This document shows positions 51,289-60,464 of a stretch of 64,000 nucleotides of DNA, in pieces. The notes below the pieces were generated by a model that worked only from the letters and a program-made list of their open reading frames with translations, made no database searches and was not told the origin of the DNA. The position numbers and the translations under genes were made by a program. The stretch is from Chloroflexi bacterium UBA4730 (lineage in GTDB: Bacteria; Chloroflexota; Limnocylindria; P2-11E): the NCBI GenBank assembly GCA_002404155.1, contig DHJC01000081.1, forward strand, positions 4,520 to 68,519, given 5' to 3'. Positions within the stretch are counted from its first letter, which is position 1. Each line of letters starts with the position of its first letter.

Positions 51289-52640
51289 GACCGCCGCCAG
51301 AGCGGACTGGTGAGGGCCTGCAGTTCGCCGCGATCGTCCGAAAGCTGCGCGCGCACGTAGGCCGCATCGCGCGGGACCGTGTAGCTCTCGGTCCATTCGT
51401 CCACGCCGGTAACAGCCGACGCCGCGATGGAGCCGACGTCCGTGATGAGCAGCATCGCCGCGCCTTGTCCGCCGCGCACGCTGACGCGCACCCCGTCCCC
51501 GCCGGGCTCGAGGTACAGCTGCGGCCCCGCGGGCGACGCCGAGACGAACGTCCGCGCCCCGCGGAGCGCGTCCAGGATCGTGTGCCGATCGAGCCGAGGG
51601 CCGGCAGCCACCCAGGTCGTCGGCGTACCGAGACGCTGCGCGTGTCGCGGGTCGGGATCGTGAGCACGCAGCAGGTGCGTATCGCTGCCGCCGACCGCGG
51701 CGAGCCGTGCCCCTGCACGGAGGCGCGCCTCCCAAAAGCCGACGGCGATCGAGTTCAGGCCCCACGGCCCATTCCAGACCTCCACCGCGTGGATCGATCG
51801 CACTGTCGGGTACTCCCAGGGCGGACCGAACGGCTTCGGATGGTTCACGCTGACGAACGCGCCCGCGGCCGCCGCTTCGGCCATCGCCCGTTCGACCGCA
51901 GACGACTCGGGGGTCCTGAATTCCCACCACCGATCGGTCCCCCAGGCGTTCCAGTGCCCGCCGTAGGTCGTGACCTCGACGCCGGGCACGACGACGGGAG
52001 CACCGTTTCCGCCCGATCCGTACTCCGCGTGGTGCTGGATGTTGTTGTGGTCGGTCACGCCGAGGAACTCAAGGCCCGCCTCCGTGGCCGCATGCAGCAT
52101 CTCGCTCGGCCACGAATCACCGTCCGAGTAGCGGGTGTGGCAGTGCAGATCACCGCGCCACCAACCGGCCCGCGCGGCGGGGAGCTCGGGTCGCCGCGGG
52201 ATCCCCGTTCGCACGAGATCGTTCGGTGGAGCCGCAATCCCGAGGTCGCAACGTACCTCGACGCGCCAGTCGCAACCGCGCGGGCCGACCTTGTACAGGC
52301 CAAGAAGGACGTTCCAGGTCCCGGCGAGGATCGGGCCGGGAGCGTAGGGCGGGGTCGCCCAGTCCTCTCCGATGACGAGCTCGAGCTTGTTGCTCCCGCT
52401 CCACCCGCGGAAGCCGACACTCCCAGTACCGGTCCCTCGCGGATCGAAGATCCCGATATCGAGCGTGTTGCCGCCGAACAGCGCCGGGTCCGAGTCGATC
52501 TGATCGGTGTACTCGTAGCGGATGTGGAGCTGACGATGACCCGGCCCGATCTCGAACGGCACGAGCGAGTACCGCTTCTCGTCCACCGCGGTGAAGCGCC
52601 CGTTGAGGACGAGATCCGGCGCGCGGAGCGCCTCGGTCAA
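51261..52640 (-). CDS. PHP-domain metallophosphoesterase/hydrolase
   Basis: 459 aa with a PHP signature (GDLHCHTRYSDG, ...TDHN..., GGSDTH). Start (TTG) overlaps the ABC ATPase stop by 4 nt. Confidence 0.8.
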   Translation of the reverse strand: MTEALRAPDLVLNGRFTAVDEKRYSLVPFEIGPGHRQLHIRYEYTDQIDSDPALFGGNTLDIGIFDPRGTGTGSVGFRGWSGSNKLELVIGEDWATPPYAPGPILAGTWNVLLGLYKVGPRGCDWRVEVRCDLGIAAPPNDLVRTGIPRRPELPAARAGWWRGDLHCHTRYSDGDSWPSEMLHAATEAGLEFLGVTDHNNIQHHAEYGSGGNGAPVVVPGVEVTTYGGHWNAWGTDRWWEFRTPESSAVERAMAEAAAAGAFVSVNHPKPFGPPWEYPTVRSIHAVEVWNGPWGLNSIAVGFWEARLRAGARLAAVGGSDTHLLRAHDPDPRHAQRLGTPTTWVAAGPRLDRHTILDALRGARTFVSASPAGPQLYLEPGGDGVRVSVRGGQGAAMLLITDVGSIAASAVTGVDEWTESYTVPRDAAYVRAQLSDDRGELQALTSPLWRRSGQRITPPG

Positions 52641-53695
52641 TGGAACGCGCTGCCGCTCGATCGGTCGAAGAGCCGGATCGCGCCCGGCTCGACCGCAAGG
52701 TGCACCGTGCTCCCGGGCTGTGGGCGGACCGCGGGCGCCGCGCGGACCTTCAACGCCTTCTCGCCAACGCGGACGTCGACGATGACCTCGCTTCCGAGCG
52801 GCTCGACGGCGACGACCTCGGCCGCCTGGCCCGCGGTTCCGATCGCGATGGCCTCCGGGCGCAGACCGACCGTGAGCTCGCGGGCCGAGTGGTCACGCGT
52901 AAGCGGCGCGGGCAGCCGCCATCCGTCCGCGGCGACAAGCGTGTCGCCGTCGCGCGTCACCTCGAGGAGATTCATCGGCGGGCTACCGATGAATTCGGCG
53001 ACGAAGAGATTCGCCGGATGGTCGTAGACATCGTCCGGTGTCCCGATCTGCTGCAGCTCGCCGGCGCTGAGGATCGCGATCCGGTTCGCGAGACTCATCG
53101 CTTCCGCCTGATCGTGGGTCACGAAGACCATCGTCGTCTCGAGCTGGCGCTGGAGCGTCTTGAGCTCGGTCCGCGTGTGCACCCTGAGCTTGGCGTCCAG
53201 GTTCGAGAGCGGCTCGTCCATGAGGAAGACCCGGGGCTCGCGGACGATCGCGCGCGCGAGCGCGACCCGCTGCTGCTCGCCGCCCGAAAGCTGCGCGGGC
53301 CGTCGCGGGAGCAGATGTGCGATGCCCAGCATGTCCGCGACGTGGTCGACCCGCTTGTCCTGCTCGGCCCGGCTCATCTTGCGGAGCTTCAACGGGTAGC
53401 GGATGTTCTCGCGCGCCGAAAGATGCGGGTACAACGCGTAGCTTTGGAAGACCAACGCGACATCGCGGTCCTTCGGCTCCCGGCCGACCACGCTCGTCCC
53501 GGCGATCCGGATGTCGCCCCGGTCCGGCTCCTCGAGGCCGGCGAGCATCCGCAACGCGGTCGTCTTCCCGCACCCCGAGGGGCCGAGGAGCACGAGCAGC
53601 TCCCCATCCGCGATGTCCAGGGAGAGGCCGCGCACGGCAGGCGCGCCCTGCGCGGCGAACTGTTTCCAGACGTCCTCGTATTCAACCCGAGCCAC
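52637..53695 (-). CDS. Sugar ABC transporter ATP-binding protein (MalK/UgpC-like)
   Basis: Walker A GPSGCGKTT, signature LSGGEQQRV, Walker B FLMDEPLS, C-terminal TOBE domain. GTG start shares one nucleotide with the permease TAG. Confidence 0.9.
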   Translation of the reverse strand: MARVEYEDVWKQFAAQGAPAVRGLSLDIADGELLVLLGPSGCGKTTALRMLAGLEEPDRGDIRIAGTSVVGREPKDRDVALVFQSYALYPHLSARENIRYPLKLRKMSRAEQDKRVDHVADMLGIAHLLPRRPAQLSGGEQQRVALARAIVREPRVFLMDEPLSNLDAKLRVHTRTELKTLQRQLETTMVFVTHDQAEAMSLANRIAILSAGELQQIGTPDDVYDHPANLFVAEFIGSPPMNLLEVTRDGDTLVAADGWRLPAPLTRDHSARELTVGLRPEAIAIGTAGQAAEVVAVEPLGSEVIVDVRVGEKALKVRAAPAVRPQPGSTVHLAVEPGAIRLFDRSSGSAFH

Positions 53696-54573
53696 TAGAG
53701 ACCCCTCGTGCTGCTCATGAGCCCGCGGACCATGAGCCGCCGCGCACCAATGAAAACGGCCATGACCGGGATGAGATACAGGATCGCCATGGCCGCGATG
53801 ACGCCGTACTGCACCTCGGTGTAGCCGCCCTGATTGCGCATCGCTTCGTAGAACGCGAGCGGCACGGTCTTCATGCTCTGCTGATCCACCAGGATGATGA
53901 CCATGAGCACCTCGGCCCACGCGCTGAGGAACGATAGCCCGGCCGCGATCCCGAGACCGGGTCGCGCCAGCGGCAGGACGATCTCGATGAGCGCGCGCAG
54001 CTTCGTTCGCCCGTCGAGCCACGACGCTTCCTCGAGCTGTCGCGGCACCGAGTCGAAGAACCCCTTCATGAGCCAGACGAGGAATGGCAGCTCGATGGTC
54101 GCGTGGATGAGGATCAGGCCGAGGTAGCTGTTCCGGAGGCCGAGCTGCCGCGCGAGCCCGTAGATCGGAACCATGGTCGCCGACAGCGGCATCGTCTGCA
54201 GCAGCAGGACCGCGTAGGTGATCCAGTCCTTGCGCCGCAGCTCGATGCGCGAGAGCGAGTACCCGGCAAACGACACCGTCACGACGACGAGCAGCATCGT
54301 CGCGACCGAGACGAACACGCTGTTGCCGAGCGCGATCCCGAAATCGTGCTCGGTGAAGATGCGGATGAAGTTGTTGAACGTCGGCGCGGACGGCCAGTGG
54401 ATGTACGCAGTCGCGTTCTCGTCGAACGCGGCGCCGAACAGCCACAGGAACGGCGCGAGGAAGAACGCGCTGACCGCGACGAACGCGAGATGGATGAGCA
54501 GCCACTCGAGCGGGTGCGCCCGTGGGCGCCGGGGCGCGTTGGTGCGGACCATCGAGCGAGCTGCCGCGGTCAT
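53695..54573 (-). CDS. Carbohydrate ABC transporter permease (MalG-like)
   Basis: 292 aa, 6 TM, with the EAA-type loop EEASWLDGRTKLRALIEIVLPLARPG. ATG overlaps the upstream permease stop (ATGA). Confidence 0.85.
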   Translation of the reverse strand: MTAAARSMVRTNAPRRPRAHPLEWLLIHLAFVAVSAFFLAPFLWLFGAAFDENATAYIHWPSAPTFNNFIRIFTEHDFGIALGNSVFVSVATMLLVVVTVSFAGYSLSRIELRRKDWITYAVLLLQTMPLSATMVPIYGLARQLGLRNSYLGLILIHATIELPFLVWLMKGFFDSVPRQLEEASWLDGRTKLRALIEIVLPLARPGLGIAAGLSFLSAWAEVLMVIILVDQQSMKTVPLAFYEAMRNQGGYTEVQYGVIAAMAILYLIPVMAVFIGARRLMVRGLMSSTRGL

Positions 54574-55502
54574 GCCCGGGCCCTCGACCAGCGAAGGTAG
54601 AACACGGCGAAGCTGAGGTTGAGGGCGAGCATGGCCACCGCGATGGTCGATCCGTATCCGACCTCGTGGGCCTGGAACGCCTCGTGATAGGCGTACAACG
54701 CGATGACCTCGGTCTGGAAGGAGGGGCCGCCGTTCGTGAGCACCTGGATGACGATGAACGTCCCGAACGTGGACATGGTGATCGAGAGGAGCGTCAACGC
54801 CACGATCGGCCGGAGCATCGGCAAGGTGTGATCCCAGAAGCGGCGCCAGGCGTTCGCGCCGTCCACGCGCGCCGCCTCGTAGACGTCGCCGGGCACGGTG
54901 CGTAACGCGCCGAGGAAGATGAGCATCGTGAACGCCGTGCCTCGCCAGACGTTCGCGATGATCACGGCGAGCATCGGGGCCTGGCCGAACCAGTTCACCG
55001 GCCCGAGTCCGAACAGTCCGAGCGCCACGTTCAACGATCCGTAATAGAAGTCGAACATCGCGACCCAGAGGAATCCCGCGATGAGGGTGGGGTCGACCCA
55101 CGCCAGCAGCACAGCCGCGTACACGAAGTTCGCCGCACGGAAGCCGCGATGCTGCGCGTGATCGATGAGCAACGCCAAGCCGAGGCCGAGGATGAACTGC
55201 CCGATGATCGCGGACCCGACGACGAACACGATCGAGTTGACGATGACCCGCGCGAAGTCCGGGTCGCCGAACAGCCGCGTGTAGTTGTCCAGCCCGACAA
55301 AGCGCGGGTTCGCCGCATCGATCCCGACGAGCGCCCGGTTGGTGAAGCTCGAGCCGAGCGCCCAGAGGGCCGGCCCGACGAAGAAGAGTGCGAGGAGCAG
55401 CGCCGCGGGGGTAAGCCCGGCGAAGTACAGCCGGTTCCGCTTGAACGTGCGCCCAAGGCCGATGGAGCGGGGGCCGATGGCCCCCGCTCCGGCGACCGTC
55501 AC
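54570..55502 (-). CDS. Carbohydrate ABC transporter permease (MalF-like)
   Basis: 310 aa, 6 TM, with the EAA loop YEAARVDGANAWRRFWDHTLPMLRP. Confidence 0.85.
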   Translation of the reverse strand: MTVAGAGAIGPRSIGLGRTFKRNRLYFAGLTPAALLLALFFVGPALWALGSSFTNRALVGIDAANPRFVGLDNYTRLFGDPDFARVIVNSIVFVVGSAIIGQFILGLGLALLIDHAQHRGFRAANFVYAAVLLAWVDPTLIAGFLWVAMFDFYYGSLNVALGLFGLGPVNWFGQAPMLAVIIANVWRGTAFTMLIFLGALRTVPGDVYEAARVDGANAWRRFWDHTLPMLRPIVALTLLSITMSTFGTFIVIQVLTNGGPSFQTEVIALYAYHEAFQAHEVGYGSTIAVAMLALNLSFAVFYLRWSRARA

Positions 55503-56863
55503 GACTGGGTGGTGACCTTGTCCGCGCCGACGGCCTGCTTGAGGTCATCGGTGTACCGCTGGGCGCCCTCGGTCGCCGAGACCTCGCCGGCCGCGACGCG
55601 CGCGGTCGCCTTCTGGATCGCCTGCTGGACCTTCGGGTACGCTGCGTCGACCGGCGTGAACTTCGCCTTCGTCAGCGCCTCGGTCGACGCGACCAGGTAC
55701 GGGTCGGCCTTGAACTCGGCAACGTTGGCCGAATCGGTCCGTGCGACGGGGTGCGGGTCCTCGATGTTGAGCTTGGCGACGATGTCCTTCGTGTTGACGG
55801 CCTTGATGAACTCCCAGGCGCCCTGCTTGTTCTTGCTCTTCGCGGTGATGTACCAGCAGGTCCCGGGACCCCCGACCGTGAACGACGGCCCGCCGCTCTC
55901 GGTGGGGTGGAGGTTGTAGCCAACGTTCGCTTGGGTCGCGGCCTTGTCCTTGGCCGCCCATCCGCCGTAGACCCAACCGCCCTCGAAGAGCAGCGCGAGC
56001 TGGCCGTTCCCGATCTTCTCGCGCATCGCTGTCCAGGGCTTGGTCGCGGTGAGGATGTCCTTTGGGCTGAGGCCGTCGCCGTAGGCCTTCGCGTAGTAGG
56101 CCATGACCTTGCGCGTGGCCGGGCTGTCCCCGATCCACTTCCCGCCTTGGTCCTGGAGCTGGCCACCATAGGCCCACAGGAGCGGGACGAACGCATGATC
56201 GGCGGTGCCGCCGGAACCGGCGGGACCCGCGTAGAGCGCGTACGGGAGCACGTTGGGCAGATTCGCCTTCTTGACGGCCGCGGCGGCGTCGAGGATCCCC
56301 TGGACGTTCGCCGGCTTCCAATCGGCGGGCAGCCCCGCCTTCTGCAGGTCGTCCTTCCGGTAGTACAGCCACCGCATGTCAAGGCCGTACGGGATGGCCC
56401 AGACCTTTCCCTTGTAGCTCACGCCATTCTTGACGGAATCCGGGTAGTACTGCCATTCGTCCCACTGCTTGACGTAGTCGTCCAGCGGTTCGATGTAGCC
56501 CGCATCCGCAAGCTCGCCGATCAGGTTGCCGCCGACGTGGGTGACATCGGGCACATCGCTACCGTCGAGCCGCAGCAGCAGCTTCGTGTAGTAGTCGTCG
56601 CTGTTGATCTTCTGGAGATCGATCGTCACGGCGAGGCCCGAGAACTGCGCCTTCAGCGCGGCCGCCGCCTGCTCGACGTACTTCGGCTTGAACCCTGCTT
56701 CATCGGGGTAGGACACCGTGATCGTCCCGGAGATCTTGCCCCCGGTCGCCGCAGCACCACCACCGGTCGTCGCCGGTCCGCACGCCACGACGACACCGGT
56801 CGCCGCGGCGATCTGTAGGAAACGTCGACGCGAGACCGCCATCCGCTCGAGGTCGCTCATCAT
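55499..56863 (-). CDS. ABC transporter extracellular sugar-binding lipoprotein (Tat signal)
   Basis: SRRRFLQIAAATGVVVACG twin-arginine/lipobox signal followed by an SBP_bac_1 fold. Start taken at MMSDLER (56863). Confidence 0.85.
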   Translation of the reverse strand: MMSDLERMAVSRRRFLQIAAATGVVVACGPATTGGGAAATGGKISGTITVSYPDEAGFKPKYVEQAAAALKAQFSGLAVTIDLQKINSDDYYTKLLLRLDGSDVPDVTHVGGNLIGELADAGYIEPLDDYVKQWDEWQYYPDSVKNGVSYKGKVWAIPYGLDMRWLYYRKDDLQKAGLPADWKPANVQGILDAAAAVKKANLPNVLPYALYAGPAGSGGTADHAFVPLLWAYGGQLQDQGGKWIGDSPATRKVMAYYAKAYGDGLSPKDILTATKPWTAMREKIGNGQLALLFEGGWVYGGWAAKDKAATQANVGYNLHPTESGGPSFTVGGPGTCWYITAKSKNKQGAWEFIKAVNTKDIVAKLNIEDPHPVARTDSANVAEFKADPYLVASTEALTKAKFTPVDAAYPKVQQAIQKATARVAAGEVSATEGAQRYTDDLKQAVGADKVTTQS

Positions 56864-56946
56864 TTTCCTCCAAGGCCGCGTTCGCTCAGGCCGTGAACCC
56901 GGCACGGGCCGAACGATAATCCCGGGTTGGCGCTAGTGTCCTGTCG

Positions 56947-58230
56947 ATGTCGCCCGACACCCAGAAGATCGCGGCGGCGGCACGCCGCGCCCTCAGCGAC
57001 AACCGGCAGTCGGGAACATCGGGCTGGGACGGGAAGCGCTACGACTTCGTCTGCCCGTCCGGGACGACCTATCCCTTCCAGTGGCTGTGGGACAGCGCGT
57101 TCCACGCGATCGCGCTATCGCATGTCGATCCCGCTCTGGCGAAGCAGGAGCTGCGGTGTCTATTGCAAGGTGCGCAGCCGGACGGGTTCATCCCGCACAT
57201 GCTCCTGTGGGAGAAGAACGCGCACGAGGCGGCGCTCCGCGAGTACTCCATCACCTTGCTGCACCCGTACTTCACCTCGATCACCCAGCCGCCGGTGCTC
57301 GCGCGCGCGATCGAGCGGGTCTACGAGGCCTCCGGTGACGTCGGGTTCCTTCGCGACGTCCTGCCGCCGACGCTCCGGTTCTTCCGCTGGTTGAAGGCGC
57401 AGCGCGACCCGGATGACGACGCGCTCATCGCCACGATCCAGCCGGATGAGTCGGGGCTCGACGCGAGCCCGAAGTACGACGCTGCCATGGGTGTGCCGTG
57501 GGACCCGCCCGAGGCGACTCTCCCCGCGCTGACCCGCTCCATGGACCGGCTCTTCGCGGAGTACGAGCCTCTGCGCGGCGATCCGGCGCGGATCCTCTCG
57601 CTCGATCGGTTCGTGTGGGAGGACGTCATGGTGAACACGATCTACGCCGACGGTCTCCGCCGGCTCGGGCCGCTCTGCCGCGCCGCCGGCTACCCCGAGG
57701 CCGAGGCGCGCGAGTTCGAGGATCGCGCGACGCGCGTCCGGTCGGCGCTCGAGACGAAGTGCTGGGACGAGAAGGCCGGCGTGTTTTGGGATCTCTCGGG
57801 GTGGCGCGAGGAACCGGCCCGCACGCTCACCTTCTCGTCCCTGTTCCCGCTCGTGCTCGCCGACCTCGACCCGCGAAAGGCCGCCCGGCTCATCGACGAG
57901 CACCTGTTGAACGAGCGCGAATTCTGGCTCCCCTACCCGATCCCAAGCACCGCGGCATCCGAGCCGACCTTCGACCCGGGGTGGCGAACGAAGACGACCT
58001 GGCGTGGTCCGACCTGGGTCGCGATCAACTGGTACCTCTACTGGGGCCTGCGTGAACACGGCAGAGCGGACATCGCCACCGAGCTCGCGCGGCGGACGTT
58101 CGAGATGGTCGAGCGCGCTGGCATGCGCGAATTCTTCGACCCGCGCACCGGCGCCGGCGAGGGAGCATCGAGCTTCGGCATGTCGACGCTCGTCCTCGAT
58201 CTCATCGCGGCAGAGCACCTTCCGTCGTGA
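56947..58230 (+). CDS. GH63/GDE_C-like (alpha/alpha)6-barrel glycoside hydrolase (glucosyl-/mannosylglycerate hydrolase-like)
   Basis: 427 aa with YPFQWLWDSAFHAI and TTWRGPTWVAINWYLYWGL motifs typical of GH63/trehalase-like catalytic domains. Divergent from the sugar ABC operon. Confidence 0.75.
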   Translation: MSPDTQKIAAAARRALSDNRQSGTSGWDGKRYDFVCPSGTTYPFQWLWDSAFHAIALSHVDPALAKQELRCLLQGAQPDGFIPHMLLWEKNAHEAALREYSITLLHPYFTSITQPPVLARAIERVYEASGDVGFLRDVLPPTLRFFRWLKAQRDPDDDALIATIQPDESGLDASPKYDAAMGVPWDPPEATLPALTRSMDRLFAEYEPLRGDPARILSLDRFVWEDVMVNTIYADGLRRLGPLCRAAGYPEAEAREFEDRATRVRSALETKCWDEKAGVFWDLSGWREEPARTLTFSSLFPLVLADLDPRKAARLIDEHLLNEREFWLPYPIPSTAASEPTFDPGWRTKTTWRGPTWVAINWYLYWGLREHGRADIATELARRTFEMVERAGMREFFDPRTGAGEGASSFGMSTLVLDLIAAEHLPS

Positions 58231-58637
58231 CAGCGCGGACGGCAGCCGCCCGAGACCCGGCGCCATCGTTCTCGACGACGTTCGCGGAGGTGCGCTGATG
58301 CTCGGCCGGCTGCGTCACAGCTCGCACCTGCGGATCCACCCCGCGACGTGGCTGCAGGGCGGTCGCGCCAGCACGGGCACAGGCCCCGGTCCTGCTCCAG
58401 GCCGGTCGTGGGCTGGTTGATCTTGACGACACCTGCCTGGATCCGGTCGTCGTGTCGACACTCATGCCGCGCGCGGCGGCCCGTTCCGCGCGGTCGAGGA
58501 TCGTCGCCTCCTCGTCGAGCGTGGAGTGCTCGGTCTCATCGGTTCGTGTCACGATCCAACCTCCGGTGATCGCAACTCTCGCAGCCTCCTCCCCGAACGC
58601 TTAGCGGGGCTCGATGGGCCCGGGGTGGCCGCTCGTC

Positions 58638-59177
58638 TTACGGCTCGTACGTGTGCATCGACTCGATGCCGAACGCGCGGTTGAAGCGCGCCCGGTAGTT
58701 CTCCATGGCGATGGAGCCGGCGAGCTCGACGATCTGGGCGTCGGTGAAGTGAGCCCGCACGGCGTTGAAGACGGCGTCGGTCACGTCGGCCGGCGTCGCG
58801 CTCATCGCTTCGGCCAGGGCGAGCGCCGCCCGCTCGGGCTCGTCGAAGAGCCCGCTGTCGCGCCACCCGCCTACCGCGGCGATCTTCTCCGCGGAGGCGC
58901 CACCCCGGCTGCTCCCGGCAGCGTTCGTGTCCATTCAGAAGGGGCAGCGGACCATCTGCGCCGCGCGCAGCTGCACGAGCCCGCGGAGCTGGGCGCTGAG
59001 CTTCCCGCTCTTCGCGGGGGCCGCCCCGAGCGCCCGGCTCGCCTCGAGGATCGGCGGACAGTGGGCCTGGATGCCCACAGAGTCGAGGGTCCGGCCGAAG
59101 GTCTTCGCCGATTGCTCCAGGATCGGCCGCACCTCGGGCGGCGCTTCGTCGGTGGTCAGCGGACGGAGGCGCGGCAT
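58638..59177 (-). CDS. AhpD/carboxymuconolactone-decarboxylase-family selenoprotein candidate (in-frame UGA at 58935–58937; CPFU replaces the family CxxC)
   Basis: ORF 58935..59285 (true start ATG 59177 with RBS AGGGAGA) and ORF 58638..58934 are the same frame, separated only by TGA: ...[21 protein letters not shown]...[22 protein letters not shown]... The CMD-family consensus here is AQINGCAYCIDMH. A GCUGC-CGGGA-GCAGC hairpin lies 12 nt after the UGA. selA and selB are in the same window. Confidence 0.65.
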
Positions 59178-59282
59178 CTTTGCTTCTCCCTTTCGCCGAA
59201 GTGGTCGATGGGAGCGTAGACCGCGAAGGCGCCGCCCGCCCCGCTGTACAGCAGCACGCACGTCCAGACCTCCAATCCGACA

Positions 59283-59584
59283 CATGGCCGAGCGCCGATG
59301 AGCTGCGCCAGATCTACTCGACCAAGGGCCTCGATGGCGCTGAGGGAACGATCGCGTACTGCCGCATCGGCGAACGAAGCTCGCACACCTGGTTCGTCCT
59401 GAAGTACGTCCTCGGTCAGGAGAAGATCCGGAACTACGACGGGAGCTGGATCGAGTACGGCAGCCCCATCGTCGCGCCGATCGAGAAAGGGACGTGCCGG
59501 GTGAGCCTCCTTGAGCACGTCACGCGTTCCGGCGCGTGCCACCGGCATGGCTCTTGGCTGGAGGTGACGGTTACGATGCACTGA
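59283..59584 (+). pseudogene. Rhodanese (SseA-like sulfurtransferase) C-terminal fragment
   Basis: Only the last ~95 aa are present (...[25 protein letters not shown]...[13 protein letters not shown]...). The fragment begins exactly at the selenoprotein gene start; no in-frame N-terminal domain. Confidence 0.5.
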
Positions 59585-59742
59585 TGCAGCGCCGGCATCG
59601 CGATTGGCCACGCGGGCGGGTCACGCCGCGTCTCCGCCGCCTGTGCGATCGTGGCGCGCGCTGCGTCGGCGGTCTCAGCGCCTGTTCGAGGTAGTCGCGA
59701 CCTGATCCCGCGTCCCTCGACTATGGCGCTGGAGCTTTTGGA

Positions 59743-60459
59743 ATGTTCGCATCCGCTGCCACCCCGATCGTACGCCGCGCCGACCCGTACCACGACACCG
59801 ACATCATCGACGCGCGCGCCCCGCGGTTCAACCAGACCATCGTCGCGACCGTCTCGCTCCTCGCCGTCGGGCTCGGCTGGTGGCCGCTGCTCGGCGTCCT
59901 TGCGGCCCAGCTCGCCCTCGGGCTGCGCTTCGGCCGCCGCTACTGCGTGCCCTGCGTGCTGTACTTCGAGCTCGTGCAGCCGCGGTTCGGCGAAGGACCA
60001 CTCGAGGACTCCCGGCCGCCACGGTTCGCGAATCTCCTCGGCGCGATCTTCCTTGGCGCCGCGACACTCGCCTACGCGCTGGGATCAACCGCGATCGGTG
60101 CCACCCTGGGCCTCATCGTCGCGGCGCTCGCGACCCTCGCGGCGACCACCGGCCGCTGCGTCGGCTGCGAGCTGTACAAGATCGACGCGCGCATCCGCGG
60201 GATCCGCTCGCACGTGCTCGATCGGATCGACCCCGGCGATCTGGACACCACCGTCGCCAGGGCGATCGTCGAGTTCACCCATCCGCTCTGCACCGAGTGC
60301 CAGAGGCTCGCTCGCGATCTCGAGGGGCGCGGGGAGCGGGTCCTCACGATCGACGTGTCCCGTCGGCCCGAGCTCGCCCGGAAGTACGGCATCGCGGTCG
60401 TGCCGGTCGCGGTCCGTATCGAAGGCGATGGGCGGGTCGTGGAGCGCATCGCCGGCTAG
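59743..60459 (+). CDS. Membrane-domain (DUF4395-like, CxxC-containing) protein fused to C-terminal thioredoxin-fold domain
   Basis: N-terminal hydrophobic region with CVPC and CVGC. C-terminal IVEFTHPLCTECQRLARDLEG...IAVVPVAVRIEGDGRVVERIAG, thioredoxin-like with CxxC. Confidence 0.7.
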   Translation: MFASAATPIVRRADPYHDTDIIDARAPRFNQTIVATVSLLAVGLGWWPLLGVLAAQLALGLRFGRRYCVPCVLYFELVQPRFGEGPLEDSRPPRFANLLGAIFLGAATLAYALGSTAIGATLGLIVAALATLAATTGRCVGCELYKIDARIRGIRSHVLDRIDPGDLDTTVARAIVEFTHPLCTECQRLARDLEGRGERVLTIDVSRRPELARKYGIAVVPVAVRIEGDGRVVERIAG

Positions 60460-60464
60460 CTGAG

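Noticed and set aside
49925-51290. A conserved protein C-terminus (...RVDALTAAEHRHWLE..SA*) encoded by the repeated arm sequence on the minus strand
   Set aside because: Only ~20 codons are shared, and the upstream contexts differ (in copy B it is a different frame of the PHP gene). The similarity is at the DNA-repeat level, not a paralogous gene family.
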